64,000 nt of DNA from an uncultured Oscillospiraceae bacterium (GTDB taxonomy: Bacteria; Bacillota; Clostridia; Saccharofermentanales; Fastidiosipilaceae). Where the stretch lies: assembly GCA_964574395.1 (NCBI GenBank), contig CAZNNL010000002.1, forward strand, positions 2,650-66,649, in the 5' to 3' direction. The notes below the pieces were generated by a model. That model did no database searches and was not told where the DNA came from. It saw nothing but the letters and a program-made list of their open reading frames with translations. A program made the translations under genes and the position numbers. Numbering within the stretch: position 1 is the first letter of the stretch; the number at the start of each line of letters is the position of its first letter. Shown here in pieces: positions 16,494 to 28,265 of the stretch.

Positions 16494-18479
16494 ATGGTTC
16501 GCAAAGTTAAATACGATAATGACAGTATTTCTGCATTAAAAGGTGCAGATCGCGTACGCTTACGCCCCGCCGTCATTTTCGGCTCAGATGGTATTGAAGG
16601 ATGCCAACATTCATTTTTTGAAATTCTTTCAAACTCTATAGACGAAGCACGTGAAGGACACGGCGACACGATAAAGGTAAAACGCTACCTTGATGGTTCG
16701 ATGGAAGTCGAAGATTTTGGGCGTGGAATTCCTTTGGACTACAACTCGAAGGAAGAACGCTTTAACTGGGAACTTGTTTACTGTGAGTTATATGCAGGTG
16801 GAAAGTACCGCAATAATACTGGTGAGAACTATGAATTTAGCTTGGGTCTCAATGGGCTTGGCGCAACAGCTACGCAGTATGCTTCACGTTGGTTTGATGT
16901 AACGGTATGGCGTGATGGCTTTAAGTACAGCTTGCATTTCGAGCGAGGTGAAAACTTGCTTGGGCTTCAAAAAGAAGACTTCCGTGGAAGAAGAACGGGT
17001 ACTTTACAGCGCTGGCTTCCGGACAGAGACGTTTTTACGGAAACGCAGATTCCTTTGTTATATTTTCAGACGGTACTGAAACAACAAGCCATAGTCAATA
17101 AAGGTGTTAAATTTGTCTTTAAAGATGAAATCGAAGGTATTGAAGAAGAATACCTCTATCCTGAGGGGATTTTGGGCTATGTTGAAGAACTCGATCAGGA
17201 GAACGGCTTGAGCAAGCCTGTCTATCTTGAAACTGAGGGGAGAGGCAGAGATCGTTCGGATAAAGAAGATTATAAAGTGAAGGCGGAGCTCGCTTTTGCC
17301 TTTAATAATAACGAAAATTTGACGGCGTTTTTCCATAACTCGAGTTGGTTGGAATATGGTGGTTCGCCTGATAAAGCGGTTCGTCTTTCTTTTGTCAACG
17401 TCTTTGATCGTTTGGCAAAAGAACGCAATAAATACAAGGCCAATGAAAGTAAAATTGCCTTCGGAGACATCGAAGACAGTTTAATTATTGTTATCAACTC
17501 ATTTTCGACGCAAACCTCATATGAGAACCAGACTAAAAAAGCCATCAATAATAAATTTATTCAAGATTTCTTGAATGAATTTTTACGGGAGCACTTGTCC
17601 ATTTGGGCTACAGAAAACTACCAAGAATCTGAAAAGGTTTTAGAACAAATTCTGGTCAACAAACGCAGTCGGGAGTCAGCTGAGAAACAGCGCCTCAATT
17701 TAAAAAAACAATTGATGGGCAGAATGGATCTGACCAATCGCGTTAAGAAATTCGTCGATTGTCGCACCAAGGATGTGACGCGTCGTGAACTTTACATAGT
17801 TGAAGGAGATTCAGCTTTAGGTTCCACTAAAATGGGCCGCGATTCAGAATTTCAAGCGATCATGCCTGTTAGGGGTAAAATCCTTAACTGCTTGAAAGCG
17901 GATTTGAATGCGATATTTAAGAATGAAATTATCACAGACCTCATTAAGGTGTTGGGCTGCGGTGTCGAGGTAAGCAGTAAACAAAACAAGGATATCTCGT
18001 CCTTTGATTTGAACGCTTTACGTTGGAACCGAATTATTATTTGTACGGATGCAGACGTTGATGGTTTTCAAATTCGTACGCTGATCTTAGCGATGTTTTA
18101 TCGCCTTATCCCTACATTGTTGACTGAGGGTAAAGTCTTTATTGCGGAGTCCCCACTCTTTGAAATTAGCCTGCGCCGTGACAAGGATGAGCGTACCTTT
18201 TTCGCCTACGATGAGCGTGAGAAAACAGAGCTTCTCAAGCGTTTTGGCAGTGATAAGGTCAATATTCAACGTTCCAAAGGCTTGGGTGAGAACGAACCAG
18301 AGATGATGTGGGAAACCACCATGAATCCCGCGTCTAGGAGATTAATAAAGGTTTTACCTACAGATGCGCTTGAGACGGCGCGTGTCTTTGACTTGCTCTT
18401 GGGTAATGACCTCAGCGGTCGCAAAGAGCATATAGAAAACAATGGGCATCTCTATTTAGAAATGTTGGATTTGGCTTAA
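16494..18479 (+). CDS. type IIA DNA topoisomerase subunit B (ParE/GyrB-like, Clostridia-type second enzyme)
   Basis: GHKL ATPase N-terminus (RLRPAVIFGS ... EILSNSIDEA), Toprim motifs (EGDSA, CTDADVDG). I prefer ATG 16494 behind TGGGGGA over the track start at 16440. Confidence 0.9.
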   Translation: MVRKVKYDNDSISALKGADRVRLRPAVIFGSDGIEGCQHSFFEILSNSIDEAREGHGDTIKVKRYLDGSMEVEDFGRGIPLDYNSKEERFNWELVYCELYAGGKYRNNTGENYEFSLGLNGLGATATQYASRWFDVTVWRDGFKYSLHFERGENLLGLQKEDFRGRRTGTLQRWLPDRDVFTETQIPLLYFQTVLKQQAIVNKGVKFVFKDEIEGIEEEYLYPEGILGYVEELDQENGLSKPVYLETEGRGRDRSDKEDYKVKAELAFAFNNNENLTAFFHNSSWLEYGGSPDKAVRLSFVNVFDRLAKERNKYKANESKIAFGDIEDSLIIVINSFSTQTSYENQTKKAINNKFIQDFLNEFLREHLSIWATENYQESEKVLEQILVNKRSRESAEKQRLNLKKQLMGRMDLTNRVKKFVDCRTKDVTRRELYIVEGDSALGSTKMGRDSEFQAIMPVRGKILNCLKADLNAIFKNEIITDLIKVLGCGVEVSSKQNKDISSFDLNALRWNRIIICTDADVDGFQIRTLILAMFYRLIPTLLTEGKVFIAESPLFEISLRRDKDERTFFAYDEREKTELLKRFGSDKVNIQRSKGLGENEPEMMWETTMNPASRRLIKVLPTDALETARVFDLLLGNDLSGRKEHIENNGHLYLEMLDLA

Positions 18480-18534
18480 TTAATAGCTGGTTTCAGTGAG
18501 CGGCAGAAAATAACTAGCAAAAGTAAAGGGAATT

Positions 18535-20766
18535 ATGGCAAAGAAAAGCAAAGAAACACCAATACCGGAACAAGACGAAGCACATATTCAACAACAGGCT
18601 ATTACAGATACGCTTGAAACCAACTACATGCCCTATGCAATGAGCGTCATTGTTTCCCGTGCTATCCCTGAAATTGATGGGTTCAAACCAGCACATCGCA
18701 AGCTACTCTATACTATGTATAAAATGGGACTTTTAGGCGGTTCAAGAACGAAGTCCGCCAACATTGTTGGTCAAACAATGAAGCTTAACCCTCACGGCGA
18801 CCAAACTATATATGAAACGATGGTTAGATTAACGCGGGGAAATGCTGCCCTCTTACATCCATACATTGATTCTAAAGGTAACTTTGGCAAACAGTACTCA
18901 CGGGATATGGCGTATGCGGCACCACGTTATACAGAGGCAAAACTAGATAAGTTTTGTGAAAACATTTTCAATGATATCGATAAAGACGTTATTGAGATGG
19001 TGGATAACTATGATGGAACCATGAAGGAGCCCTTGCTTTTGCCAGCAGCCTTCCCTTCCATACTAGTTAATGCCAATCAAGGTATCGCCGTCGGCATGGC
19101 CAGCAATATTTGTTCCTTTAATTTAAGAGAAGTCTGTGAAGCCACCATTGCGTACATTAAAGATCCTGCTTGTGACTTACTAGAATACATGCCCGCACCG
19201 GACTTTTCGGGTGGCGGGGAATTAGTTTATGACATGGCGGAAATGGCAGAGATTTATAAAACCGGACGCGGTTCTATGAAGCTTCGGGCGCGTTACCGTG
19301 TTGATAAAGCGAATAGTTTGATTGAAATTTTTGAGATTCCCTATTCGACCAACGTTGAGACAATAATTGAAGACATTACTGCACTCGTTAAGAGTAATAA
19401 GATAAAAGATATCGTAGATGTACGCGATGAAACGGACTTGAATGGCTTAAAGGTAACTATTGATTACCGTAAGAATGTCGATCCGGAGCAGTTGATTCAG
19501 CGTTTGATTTTGCTAAAGACGCGCTTACAAGACACTTTTTCCTGCAATTTTAATATTTTGATTAATGGGACGCCACGCGTACTGGGAGTGAAACAAATCA
19601 TCGCCGAGTGGTTATCTTTCCGCAGACAGTGTGTGCGTCGTGGCTTAGCGCATGATTTACAAAAGAAACAAGAGCGCCTTCATTTGCTCAAAGGTCTTGA
19701 GAAGATTCTGCTAGATATTGATAAGGCGATTGCCATTATCCGCAAAACAGAAAAAGACGTAGATGTCATTCCAAACCTCATGGAAGGTTTTGAGATTGAT
19801 GCCTTGCAAGCTGAGTACGTGGCAGAAATTAAATTGCGTCATCTAAATAGACAATATATTTTGCAGCGTATTGCAGATATCAAAAAACTTAAAACAGAAA
19901 TTAAAGCAATTCAAGAACTATTGGCTGACAATGAAAAAATTGATGAGGTGATAAGTGGTCAACTAGCTGAAATCGCTAAGAACTATGGACACGATCGTCT
20001 CACGCAATTGGTACTGGCTGACGAAATAGAAGTCATTACAAAAGATGACATGATTGAAGATTATAATATAAAAATGTTTCTTACCGCACATGGCTATATC
20101 AAGAAATTAGCGCTTACTAGTCTACGATCAGCAGGCGAATTAAAGACCAAAGATGACGATGAAATTGTGCAAGATTTAGATGCGTCTAACAAGCAAGAGA
20201 TAATTTTGTTTTCTAACCAGGGCAACGCTTATAAACTTTTTGTACATGAAATTCCGGACCATAAACCATCAGACCTAGGAAGCTATGGACAGAATTTATT
20301 GGACTTAGAAGATGGGGAAACTATCGTCTATATGTATTTACCTCATGACTATACAGGATCCCTGATTGCGGGATTTGAGAACGGGAAAGTGGCACGCTTT
20401 ACAAGTGACAGCTTTGTAACGAAGACGCGTCGCCGAAAACTCCTCAATGCATTTAGCATGAAATCACCTTTGGTAGCGCTCTATGCTTATGATGAAGAAC
20501 ACCCTGATTATTTTCTGCTAAATGATGCGCATAAATTAATCCTATTTGACGTTAATTTACTTACCTTAATGAGCAGTCGTAATACGCAAGGCGTACAAGT
20601 TTTAGGCATGAAGAAGGGCCAAAAAATTGTGCGTTTCAAACCGGTCTCGAAAGTAGATATTGAAGACTCAGAGTATTATCGTATTAGAAAAATTCCCGCA
20701 AGAGGCTTTTACTTAAAAGAGGATGATTTGTCTGCCAGACAACAAAGTCTGATACCTGAAGAATAA
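18535..20766 (+). CDS. type IIA DNA topoisomerase subunit A (ParC/GyrA-like)
   Basis: YMPYAMSVIVSRAIPEIDGFKPAHRKLLY and the catalytic-Tyr region AAPRYTEAKL. It lies immediately downstream of the B subunit. Confidence 0.9.
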   Translation: MAKKSKETPIPEQDEAHIQQQAITDTLETNYMPYAMSVIVSRAIPEIDGFKPAHRKLLYTMYKMGLLGGSRTKSANIVGQTMKLNPHGDQTIYETMVRLTRGNAALLHPYIDSKGNFGKQYSRDMAYAAPRYTEAKLDKFCENIFNDIDKDVIEMVDNYDGTMKEPLLLPAAFPSILVNANQGIAVGMASNICSFNLREVCEATIAYIKDPACDLLEYMPAPDFSGGGELVYDMAEMAEIYKTGRGSMKLRARYRVDKANSLIEIFEIPYSTNVETIIEDITALVKSNKIKDIVDVRDETDLNGLKVTIDYRKNVDPEQLIQRLILLKTRLQDTFSCNFNILINGTPRVLGVKQIIAEWLSFRRQCVRRGLAHDLQKKQERLHLLKGLEKILLDIDKAIAIIRKTEKDVDVIPNLMEGFEIDALQAEYVAEIKLRHLNRQYILQRIADIKKLKTEIKAIQELLADNEKIDEVISGQLAEIAKNYGHDRLTQLVLADEIEVITKDDMIEDYNIKMFLTAHGYIKKLALTSLRSAGELKTKDDDEIVQDLDASNKQEIILFSNQGNAYKLFVHEIPDHKPSDLGSYGQNLLDLEDGETIVYMYLPHDYTGSLIAGFENGKVARFTSDSFVTKTRRRKLLNAFSMKSPLVALYAYDEEHPDYFLLNDAHKLILFDVNLLTLMSSRNTQGVQVLGMKKGQKIVRFKPVSKVDIEDSEYYRIRKIPARGFYLKEDDLSARQQSLIPEE

Positions 20767-20772
20767 AGAAAA

Positions 20773-20801
20773 GACCCACGTTTTCTCGAAATACGTGGGT
20801 C
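20773..20801. terminator. hairpin between convergent genes (likely bidirectional terminator)
   Basis: GACCCACGT-11 nt-ACGTGGGTC, flanked by an A-rich 5' side and a T-containing 3' side. Confidence 0.6.
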
Positions 20802-20826
20802 GTACTTTAATTATCTGCTATTGAAC

Positions 20827-22182
20827 TTAGCGTAAGAAAAACTCTCTGTATAATTCCTTAATTGCGTAATTACAGAAACTCTCTTTAATACCAAAGATAA
20901 CGGATATTTCTGAAGCACCTTGGATGATGAGCTCTAAGTTGACACCGGCGCGGCTTAAGGCATTGGTAGCTTTGGCCGTGACACCAACCGTTTGTGCCAT
21001 GGCATCACCAACAATCATAACGATAGCAATTCCGCGTTCAACGTTGATTGTTTCGAGCTGCAACTCATCGATAAGACGCTTGATGACGAGTTTTTCTTTT
21101 TCGGGAGGGAAGACCTCATTTTTCAATACGATGGATAATGAATCAATACCTGACGGCATATGCTCAAAAGGAATGCTGAAATCTGCTAGGATCTGCAAAA
21201 CCTTCAGTGCAAAACCAACCTCACGGTTCATGAGATATTTGCTCATATGCAGAATAGTGAATCCCTTACTACCAGCAATACCCGTGACGACACTTTCATA
21301 GTTCTTGCGTTTAAAGAGTATATTGGTTCCATCTGCGTGTGGATTGTTTGTATTTCTTATATTAACTGGAATGGATTTCAAAGCTGTTGGAGCAAGCGCT
21401 TCTTCGTGCAGTACGGTAAAGCCAGCATACGCAAGTTCGCGCATTTCAGAATAACTAATTTCTTTAATGGCCTGTGGACGTTCCACGATAGAAGGATTAA
21501 CAGAGTAAACATTATCTACGTCAGTCCAATTTTCATAAACGGTCGCGTCAACAGCGTTTGCTAAAATAGCCCCGGTGATATCGGATCCACCTCGCGAGAA
21601 GGTGAGGATACGACCATCAGGACGAACGCCAAAGAAACCAGGAAAAATGATGGTGCCTTTATGCTTAGCGAAATTATCTCTAATGCGGTCATAGGACTCT
21701 GGCAAAACGCGCGCATTACCACTCTCACTACTTAGCACTAAACCAGCCTCGGCTGGGGAAATATATACTGCTTCCTCTCCGATACTTTTCAGATAAGAAG
21801 CTACCAGCTGCGCACAAAGGTCTTCGCCTGCCGCTTTTAAAGCATCGCTTAAATCGCGTGTGTTGTCTTTGTTTTTCTTGATGCGTTGAGAGAGGTCATT
21901 TTCGACAAAATCTGCGAAACCTTCTTCCATGCCTAAATCTTCAGCAATTTGGCCAAAGCGTTCGGAAATGGCGCGCATTTCGTTTTTGCCATCATAACCA
22001 GAAATAATTGCATTACCAAGGGAAATGAGCAGGTCAGTCACTTTGATGTCTTCGCGATGACGTTTTCCTGGAGCTGATACTACAACGACGCGTCTTTCGT
22101 TTTCTGAGAGAACGATGTCACAAACCTTACGGATTTGTTTGGCGTCAGCTAGGGACGACCCACCGAATTTACATACCTTCAT
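20827..22182 (-). CDS. lysC: aspartate kinase
   Basis: MKVCKFGGSSLAD, SAPGKRHR, FSRGGSDITG and C-terminal ACT repeats. Confidence 0.9.
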   Translation of the reverse strand: MKVCKFGGSSLADAKQIRKVCDIVLSENERRVVVVSAPGKRHREDIKVTDLLISLGNAIISGYDGKNEMRAISERFGQIAEDLGMEEGFADFVENDLSQRIKKNKDNTRDLSDALKAAGEDLCAQLVASYLKSIGEEAVYISPAEAGLVLSSESGNARVLPESYDRIRDNFAKHKGTIIFPGFFGVRPDGRILTFSRGGSDITGAILANAVDATVYENWTDVDNVYSVNPSIVERPQAIKEISYSEMRELAYAGFTVLHEEALAPTALKSIPVNIRNTNNPHADGTNILFKRKNYESVVTGIAGSKGFTILHMSKYLMNREVGFALKVLQILADFSIPFEHMPSGIDSLSIVLKNEVFPPEKEKLVIKRLIDELQLETINVERGIAIVMIVGDAMAQTVGVTAKATNALSRAGVNLELIIQGASEISVIFGIKESFCNYAIKELYREFFLR

Positions 22183-22265
22183 TCAATATGACCCTCCTGT
22201 GAACGCGCTTATTATATGCAATGGGGGCCTTGATTTCAAGGATATTAGGCACTTGCCTTCAAAAC

Positions 22266-24427
22266 TTAATGTATAGGGGCCACCTCATATCCATCTGAGG
22301 GGAGCGTAAGTAGTGCAACAAACAAATCATCTTCCAAACGAATTTCTAAGGTTGCGCCGATTTGTTCGGCGAGACTTCTGGCGATTGAAAGCCCGAGGCC
22401 ACTGCTGCTAGTGCTGCGCGATTCGTCGCCTCGAACAAAGCGTTCAAACAATTCATCAAGGTCTTTTTCTAAGCGTTCTGCTGAAATGTTTTTTACTTCT
22501 ATTTCGTAACTGTTTGTGTGCTGTCGTAGGCTCAGATAAACACGTGAACCAGTGAGGGCATATTTGGAGGCATTACTCAAGATATTATCCAAAATGCGTG
22601 ATAAGTGGCGTGGGTCACTTAGTACTTCTTGCTCATCTGCTTGCATATTTTCGGGTAATCGCAGAACCACTTCTAGTTGACGTTCTTTGAAACGTTCGCT
22701 ATATTCTCCAACTTGTTGTCTGAGCATTTCAGGCAAGTTGATACTTTCTGCATGATAACTAAGATTTCCTGACAATGCTTTTGAAGCATCGATTAAATCT
22801 TCTGTTAATGTGCGCAAGCGGGCGCTTTTGTTGTCCAGGATTTGTAGATACTCGTTTGCTTTTGGGCTTCCGAGTGGCTCTTGTTTTAACAAATCTATGT
22901 AGTTGATGATAGATGTTAATGGTGTGCGCAAGTCATGGGAAACGTTTGTGATTAGTTCAGTTTTCAAGCGTTCGTTTCTCGAATCGCGTTCCACTGCATC
23001 TTTAATTATGCCGCGGATATCCCCAAGTTCATTAGCCAGTGGAACGTACTCAAGTGGCATATGTTGGATGCTAGCTTGGGCTTTGAAGTCACCGGAGCGC
23101 AGGGTGGACATTTGCCACTCTAATGCTGCAATTGCATTTAAGCTGCGCCACTGTCTTCCGATAAGATAGACAAGCGGGAAAAGCACGAACAAAGCACAAA
23201 GAAATACGAATGCACCTAGCCCAAGCACAGCAGAAAGAAAGAATATCAAGAAAATTCCGCCCAAGAAGTAAAAGGCAATCAAACGAACGAACTTAGCTTT
23301 ACTATCCGCTCCTATAAAGAGATGCAAGAAGTTTATGAGCTTCCTAACAATTTTGCGGATGCCTTCCCATATACTCTGCAAAAGTCTGAAACTAAGAAAA
23401 CTTTTCAGTAGGGTTTTAGTTTTGATGCGGCGAATGACTGAAAGAGCAACGGTTTGTACTATCAGTAAACCAAAATAGGGAAGGGATAGAATAGGCCATG
23501 TGTCCTTTAGTCGAAAAGCGAGAGTAGCTTGAGGAATGAGATAGAGACTATCATTAGTATAAGCAGCGGGTACGAACTTATCGAAGAGTACGAAAAAAAC
23601 GTAAACAATCAAAGCAAACATAGCCAAGACAAGTGGGGCGATAACATCTAGCGGAAGACTATCAAAAGGCGTTAAAAGGGGTCCCTCTATGCTTTTCTCA
23701 GAACTACTTTCTTTCTTTGTCCTATATCCACAGGCGTATACCAGATAGAGCAATAACGAGATTAGTAATATGCCACTAGAAACTGCAACAGTGTAAAAAA
23801 TAGGTATCATTTGCTCTGCGGACTGATAACTTCTTTCCTTCAAAGCAAGTGTTGAACCCTCGGGAAACTTATCTTTTACAGAAAAGGCTATGATGCCATT
23901 ATTAGTGCCTGCGTATAGATTGGGTAGCGTCAGATTCTGAATTTGTCCCCCACCATACTTCAAAAAATCACTCGAATTGAAATCGTAAACATAATCGTAG
24001 TTTTCTAAAATCTCTTGCGTATCCGAAAATCTGTCTTTAACTGCTTCGTCGTTGGTGTATGCCGGCAAGGAGTCGTTTGGCCAATACCAAAAATTGAGTG
24101 CGGAAGATGGTAGCAAGTCTTCAGCGATTACTTGCGTGCCTTTTTTGGGGTTTGAATTAAGAAGAAGCGTACTGTAGCTTATTGATGCTGTATCATCATG
24201 ATAAAGGTTTTCTATAGGATTCGGATAAAGTTTCTCGCTAATATCTGAAGCCTCATGTATCAGCGCTGTTTCGTAGGTCATTGATTGGCTATATTGGGTG
24301 TTTTCACGATATCCGAAACTATATATTGAATCGATTGAAAAGACACTAATAACAATGGCAAAAAAACATATCGGCAAAAGAAGAAACGCCACACCTTTCA
24401 ATATCACATTGGTTCGTAAATTCTTCA

Positions 24428-24428
<1 letters not shown>
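22266..24428 (-). CDS. sensor histidine kinase with a large N-terminal extracytoplasmic and multi-TM region
   Basis: HisKA H-box ITNVSHDLRTPLTSI and HATPase_c (SNASKY, GLGLSIA). The ATG at 24428 overlaps the regulator stop (TAATG) behind GGGAGGGAGAAAG. Confidence 0.85.
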
Positions 24429-25147
<719 letters not shown>

Positions 25148-25274
25148 AAGCCTGCACCTCTTTCTTGGGTTAATTCTACTTGAATTTTGGAAAAGGGTTT
25201 TAATAATTCGTTAAGATAAGACAAGGTGCTAGGATTTGTAAATCTAGTTGACAGGCATATTTTTCGAGAAACTA

Positions 25275-25463
25275 TTGGCAAAAAAACAGCTTGTACGCCA
25301 AAGTGCTGGAAATATGCTTGAAAATCGTCAAATAAACAGCTTGTGCGACGGAAAAAGGCGTTTTGAGCCTGAAAATCACCGATTAGCTACGTACAAGTTG
25401 TATTTTTGCCGAAAAGATCTTCAAAAATTGGAATTTCGGTGCACAAGTCGTTTTTTTGTCAAA
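25275..25463. repeat. composite inverted-repeat element, copy 2
   Basis: Modules lie at 25275-25297, 25325-25347, 25390-25412 and 25439-25463. There is a central AGGCGTTTTGAGCCT hairpin. Spacing is the same as in copy 1. Confidence 0.75.
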
Positions 25464-25554
25464 AGTCATAGCCGTTGTGGAACACTCGGGGCACCAATCA
25501 AACCGTGCAGCGCTTGTGCTAAAATGCTCTTAGAAAAAATGAGGGGGAGCGGCG

Positions 25555-26085
25555 ATGCCAAACTGGCTTTTGAAAAGATACAAGCCTGATTATTATTTTG
25601 AAAAGCTAGCAGACATTGACTGGCCGAACTTCTTTGAACAAGGCTATCGACTAGTGCTTGTGGACGTTGATAATACTATCCAAGCGCATGGCGAACGTGA
25701 GATTAGCGAGACTGCGATAGCGGAATTGAAGCGCATACAAGCCTTAGGATTCAAAATAACTATCGTCACCAATGCCAAGCCGCATCGCTCCCAAAAGATG
25801 CAAGAAGGAATACAAAAGAAAGGCTTGATGGTGGAGGTTTTTGGTTTTGCCAGAAAACCTAAGCCGCGACGCCTGCTTGAGGCTTGTGTCAAACACAATA
25901 TACCTGTTCAGAACGCTCTGATGCTTGGTGATCAAATCTTTACGGATGTTAGGGCTGGCAAAAATGCCAACATCTGCACGATTTTAGTTAAAACAATCTC
26001 GCATAAAGAACCTTGGTATATAAAGTTAAAACGAATAGGCGAGAGCATCATTTTAAAGAACGCTAAGTTCAATAAAACCCCATAA
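25555..26085 (+). CDS. yqeG: YqeG-family HAD-IIIA phosphatase
   Basis: The VLVDVDNTI motif, TNA, GDQIFTD, and a size of about 175 aa. Confidence 0.8.
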   Translation: MPNWLLKRYKPDYYFEKLADIDWPNFFEQGYRLVLVDVDNTIQAHGEREISETAIAELKRIQALGFKITIVTNAKPHRSQKMQEGIQKKGLMVEVFGFARKPKPRRLLEACVKHNIPVQNALMLGDQIFTDVRAGKNANICTILVKTISHKEPWYIKLKRIGESIILKNAKFNKTP

Positions 26086-26098
26086 AGAAAGGTCAAAC

Positions 26099-27184
26099 AT
26101 GAAAGAAATACTAGAAAATCGATTAAGCCGTTTAAGGGATTCGCTAAGAGAAGAAGATTTACAAGCGGTCATCATCTATGGACGCGAAAACACACGCTAC
26201 CTGACTGGCTTTAGTGGTTCAACTTCGCTAGCACTAATTACTTTAGACCAATCCTTGATTTTCGTAGATTCGCGCTACACGACGCAAGCATCGCAAGAAT
26301 GTGTAAGTAGTGTAGTTATTCAGGAACAAGGCAGTCTCAACAATGCAGTATGTAACAGAATAGAAGACCTCGAAATAAAAGACATCGGCTTAGAAGACGA
26401 AACTATCTCTTTGGCCATGTTTAATGAAATAAAAGCGAAACTAAGCTGGCAACATCTGCATGGGCTTTCTAAAAGTTTGGCTCAGCTACGTTGGGTAAAA
26501 GATGCGAGTGAATTAGGGAAAATTCGTGAGGCGGTGCGGATTGCGGATGCTGCTTTTGCCGAAGTGAAAATGCTTATCAAGGCGGGGATGAGAGAGACTG
26601 AAGTGGCCGCACTTTTGGAGTACAAGATGAAACTTTTGGGGGCAGACAAGCCTTCATTTGACACAATTGTAGCTTCAGGCTTGCGTTCTGCCTTGCCACA
26701 TGGCATTGCTTCTGAAAAAGTAATTGAAGATGGAGACATTATCGTAATAGACTTTGGGGCAATGTACCAAGGCTATTGCTCCGATATGACACGCACAGTT
26801 TTTGTGGGTACGCCAAATCCGAAACTTGTCGAAATTTATAATATTGTTCTAGAAGCGCAAGAAAAAGCAGAGACAGCGCTCAAGGCAGGTGTTCTTGGCA
26901 AAACGATACACAAAATCGCTGCCGACACAATCGCTGATGCAGGCTACGGTGCTTATTTTGGTCACGGTCTTGGACATAGCTTAGGCTTAGAAATCCACGA
27001 AGAACCAAGGCTAAATGCACTCTCTGAAACCATCATGCCGGCGGGCGTTTTGATGACTGCTGAGCCTGGCATCTACTTACCGGAATTGGGTGGTGTAAGA
27101 ATCGAAGACACGGTGTTAATCACGGAACAAGGGATAGAAATTTTGACGCAAACCCCGAAAGCAATTGAATTTGCAATGATCTAA
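26099..27184 (+). CDS. pepP: Xaa-Pro aminopeptidase (M24B family)
   Basis: Creatinase-like N-domain plus the pita-bread metal ligands (DFGAMYQGYCSDMTRT, HGLGHSLGLEIHE, EPGIY, RIED). It lies upstream of efp, as in many Bacillota. Confidence 0.85.
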   Translation: MKEILENRLSRLRDSLREEDLQAVIIYGRENTRYLTGFSGSTSLALITLDQSLIFVDSRYTTQASQECVSSVVIQEQGSLNNAVCNRIEDLEIKDIGLEDETISLAMFNEIKAKLSWQHLHGLSKSLAQLRWVKDASELGKIREAVRIADAAFAEVKMLIKAGMRETEVAALLEYKMKLLGADKPSFDTIVASGLRSALPHGIASEKVIEDGDIIVIDFGAMYQGYCSDMTRTVFVGTPNPKLVEIYNIVLEAQEKAETALKAGVLGKTIHKIAADTIADAGYGAYFGHGLGHSLGLEIHEEPRLNALSETIMPAGVLMTAEPGIYLPELGGVRIEDTVLITEQGIEILTQTPKAIEFAMI

Positions 27185-27235
27185 TAAACGATATAGAATT
27201 ACATAGTTAGTTTTGCCAAACATAGGAGGAAAAAG

Positions 27236-27793
27236 ATGATTTCAGCAGGTGATTTTAGAAACGGTGTAACTTTTGAGATGGACGATAACGTCTTTCAAAT
27301 TATTGAGTTTCAGCACGTTAAACCAGGTAAGGGCTCTGCTTTTGTCCGCACAAAGTACCGCAATGTTCGCACCGGCGCTGTTCTTGAACATACATTTAAT
27401 CCTTCTGAGAAGTTTCAAGAAGCACGTTTGGAACGTAGTGACATGGAATATTTATATAAAGATGGTGACCTCTATTATTTCATGAACACAGAAACCTATG
27501 AACAAGTGCCTTTCAGTGCTGACATCATCGGTGATTCGATAAAATTCCTAAAAGAGAATATGGTTTGTAAAGTTGTGGCATACAAAGGGACGGTATTTAA
27601 TGTTGAACTTCCACTCTTTGTAGAATTGCAGATTACACACACGGAGCCAGGCGTTAAAGGGGATACAGCCCAAAACGCAACCAAAGCCGCTACGCTTGAA
27701 ACAGGTGCTGTAATCAAGGTTCCTTTGTTTGTGAATGAAGGCGAAGTCGTTCGTGTAGATACCCGCTCTGGCGATTACATGGAACGCGCCTAA
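27236..27793 (+). CDS. efp: elongation factor P
   Basis: [10 protein letters not shown] ... [20 protein letters not shown] and a 185-aa length. Confidence 0.95.
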   Translation: MISAGDFRNGVTFEMDDNVFQIIEFQHVKPGKGSAFVRTKYRNVRTGAVLEHTFNPSEKFQEARLERSDMEYLYKDGDLYYFMNTETYEQVPFSADIIGDSIKFLKENMVCKVVAYKGTVFNVELPLFVELQITHTEPGVKGDTAQNATKAATLETGAVIKVPLFVNEGEVVRVDTRSGDYMERA

Positions 27794-27816
27794 TCGTAAA
27801 CTTAACTGATATAATG

Positions 27817-27849
27817 ACAAGCGAGAGTAGCGCCTCGCTTGTTTTTTTC
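27817..27849 (+). terminator. intrinsic terminator after efp
   Basis: ACAAGCGAG-8 nt-CTCGCTTGT followed by TTTTTTT. Confidence 0.8.
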
Positions 27850-27914
27850 AAGTTGAGACCTGTATCGAGGTGGGGATGGCCGAGTTTTCTAGTAATAAAA
27901 AAGGTGAAAGAACC

Positions 27915-28265
27915 ATGTCGCAAGGCTTTATTGCACAGTATGCGGCAGAAGCTGCTTTGCGAACTTACGGTGTGGCCAGACTTGATGAGGGCGGCGTCGC
28001 TGCAATTAAGAGTGCCTTCGGTTTTGAACATGAAGGTAAAGGGGTGCAAGTAACATTCAATAGCAGGGATGAGGCGACTTGTGAGATAACCGTTTATCCG
28101 GTGGTGTATTTTGCCACCATAGTCCCTGAAGTTGCTTGGAACATTCAAGAAAACGTAAAGTCTGATGTTGAGAAATACACTGGTGTTGATGTGGAAGCAG
28201 TAAACGTCCATGTCAAAGACATTGTTCGGAAAGAGGAGGAGAAGCCCCATGCGCAGAGTCAATAG
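27915..28265 (+). CDS. Asp23/Gls24-family envelope stress protein
   Basis: IAQYAAEAALRTYGV ... and a C-terminal VNVHVKDI. I prefer ATG 27915 behind AAAGGTGA. Confidence 0.85.
   Translation: MSQGFIAQYAAEAALRTYGVARLDEGGVAAIKSAFGFEHEGKGVQVTFNSRDEATCEITVYPVVYFATIVPEVAWNIQENVKSDVEKYTGVDVEAVNVHVKDIVRKEEEKPHAQSQ

Noticed and set aside
22183-22265. Lysine riboswitch upstream of aspartate kinase
   Set aside because: Only about 80 nt separate it from the preceding gene, which is too short for an L-box, and no conserved L-box elements are seen.
25248-25589. 113-codon ORF on the plus strand
   Set aside because: It reads straight through the four repeat modules of the composite element, has no SD, and runs into the well-supported yqeG start in another frame.
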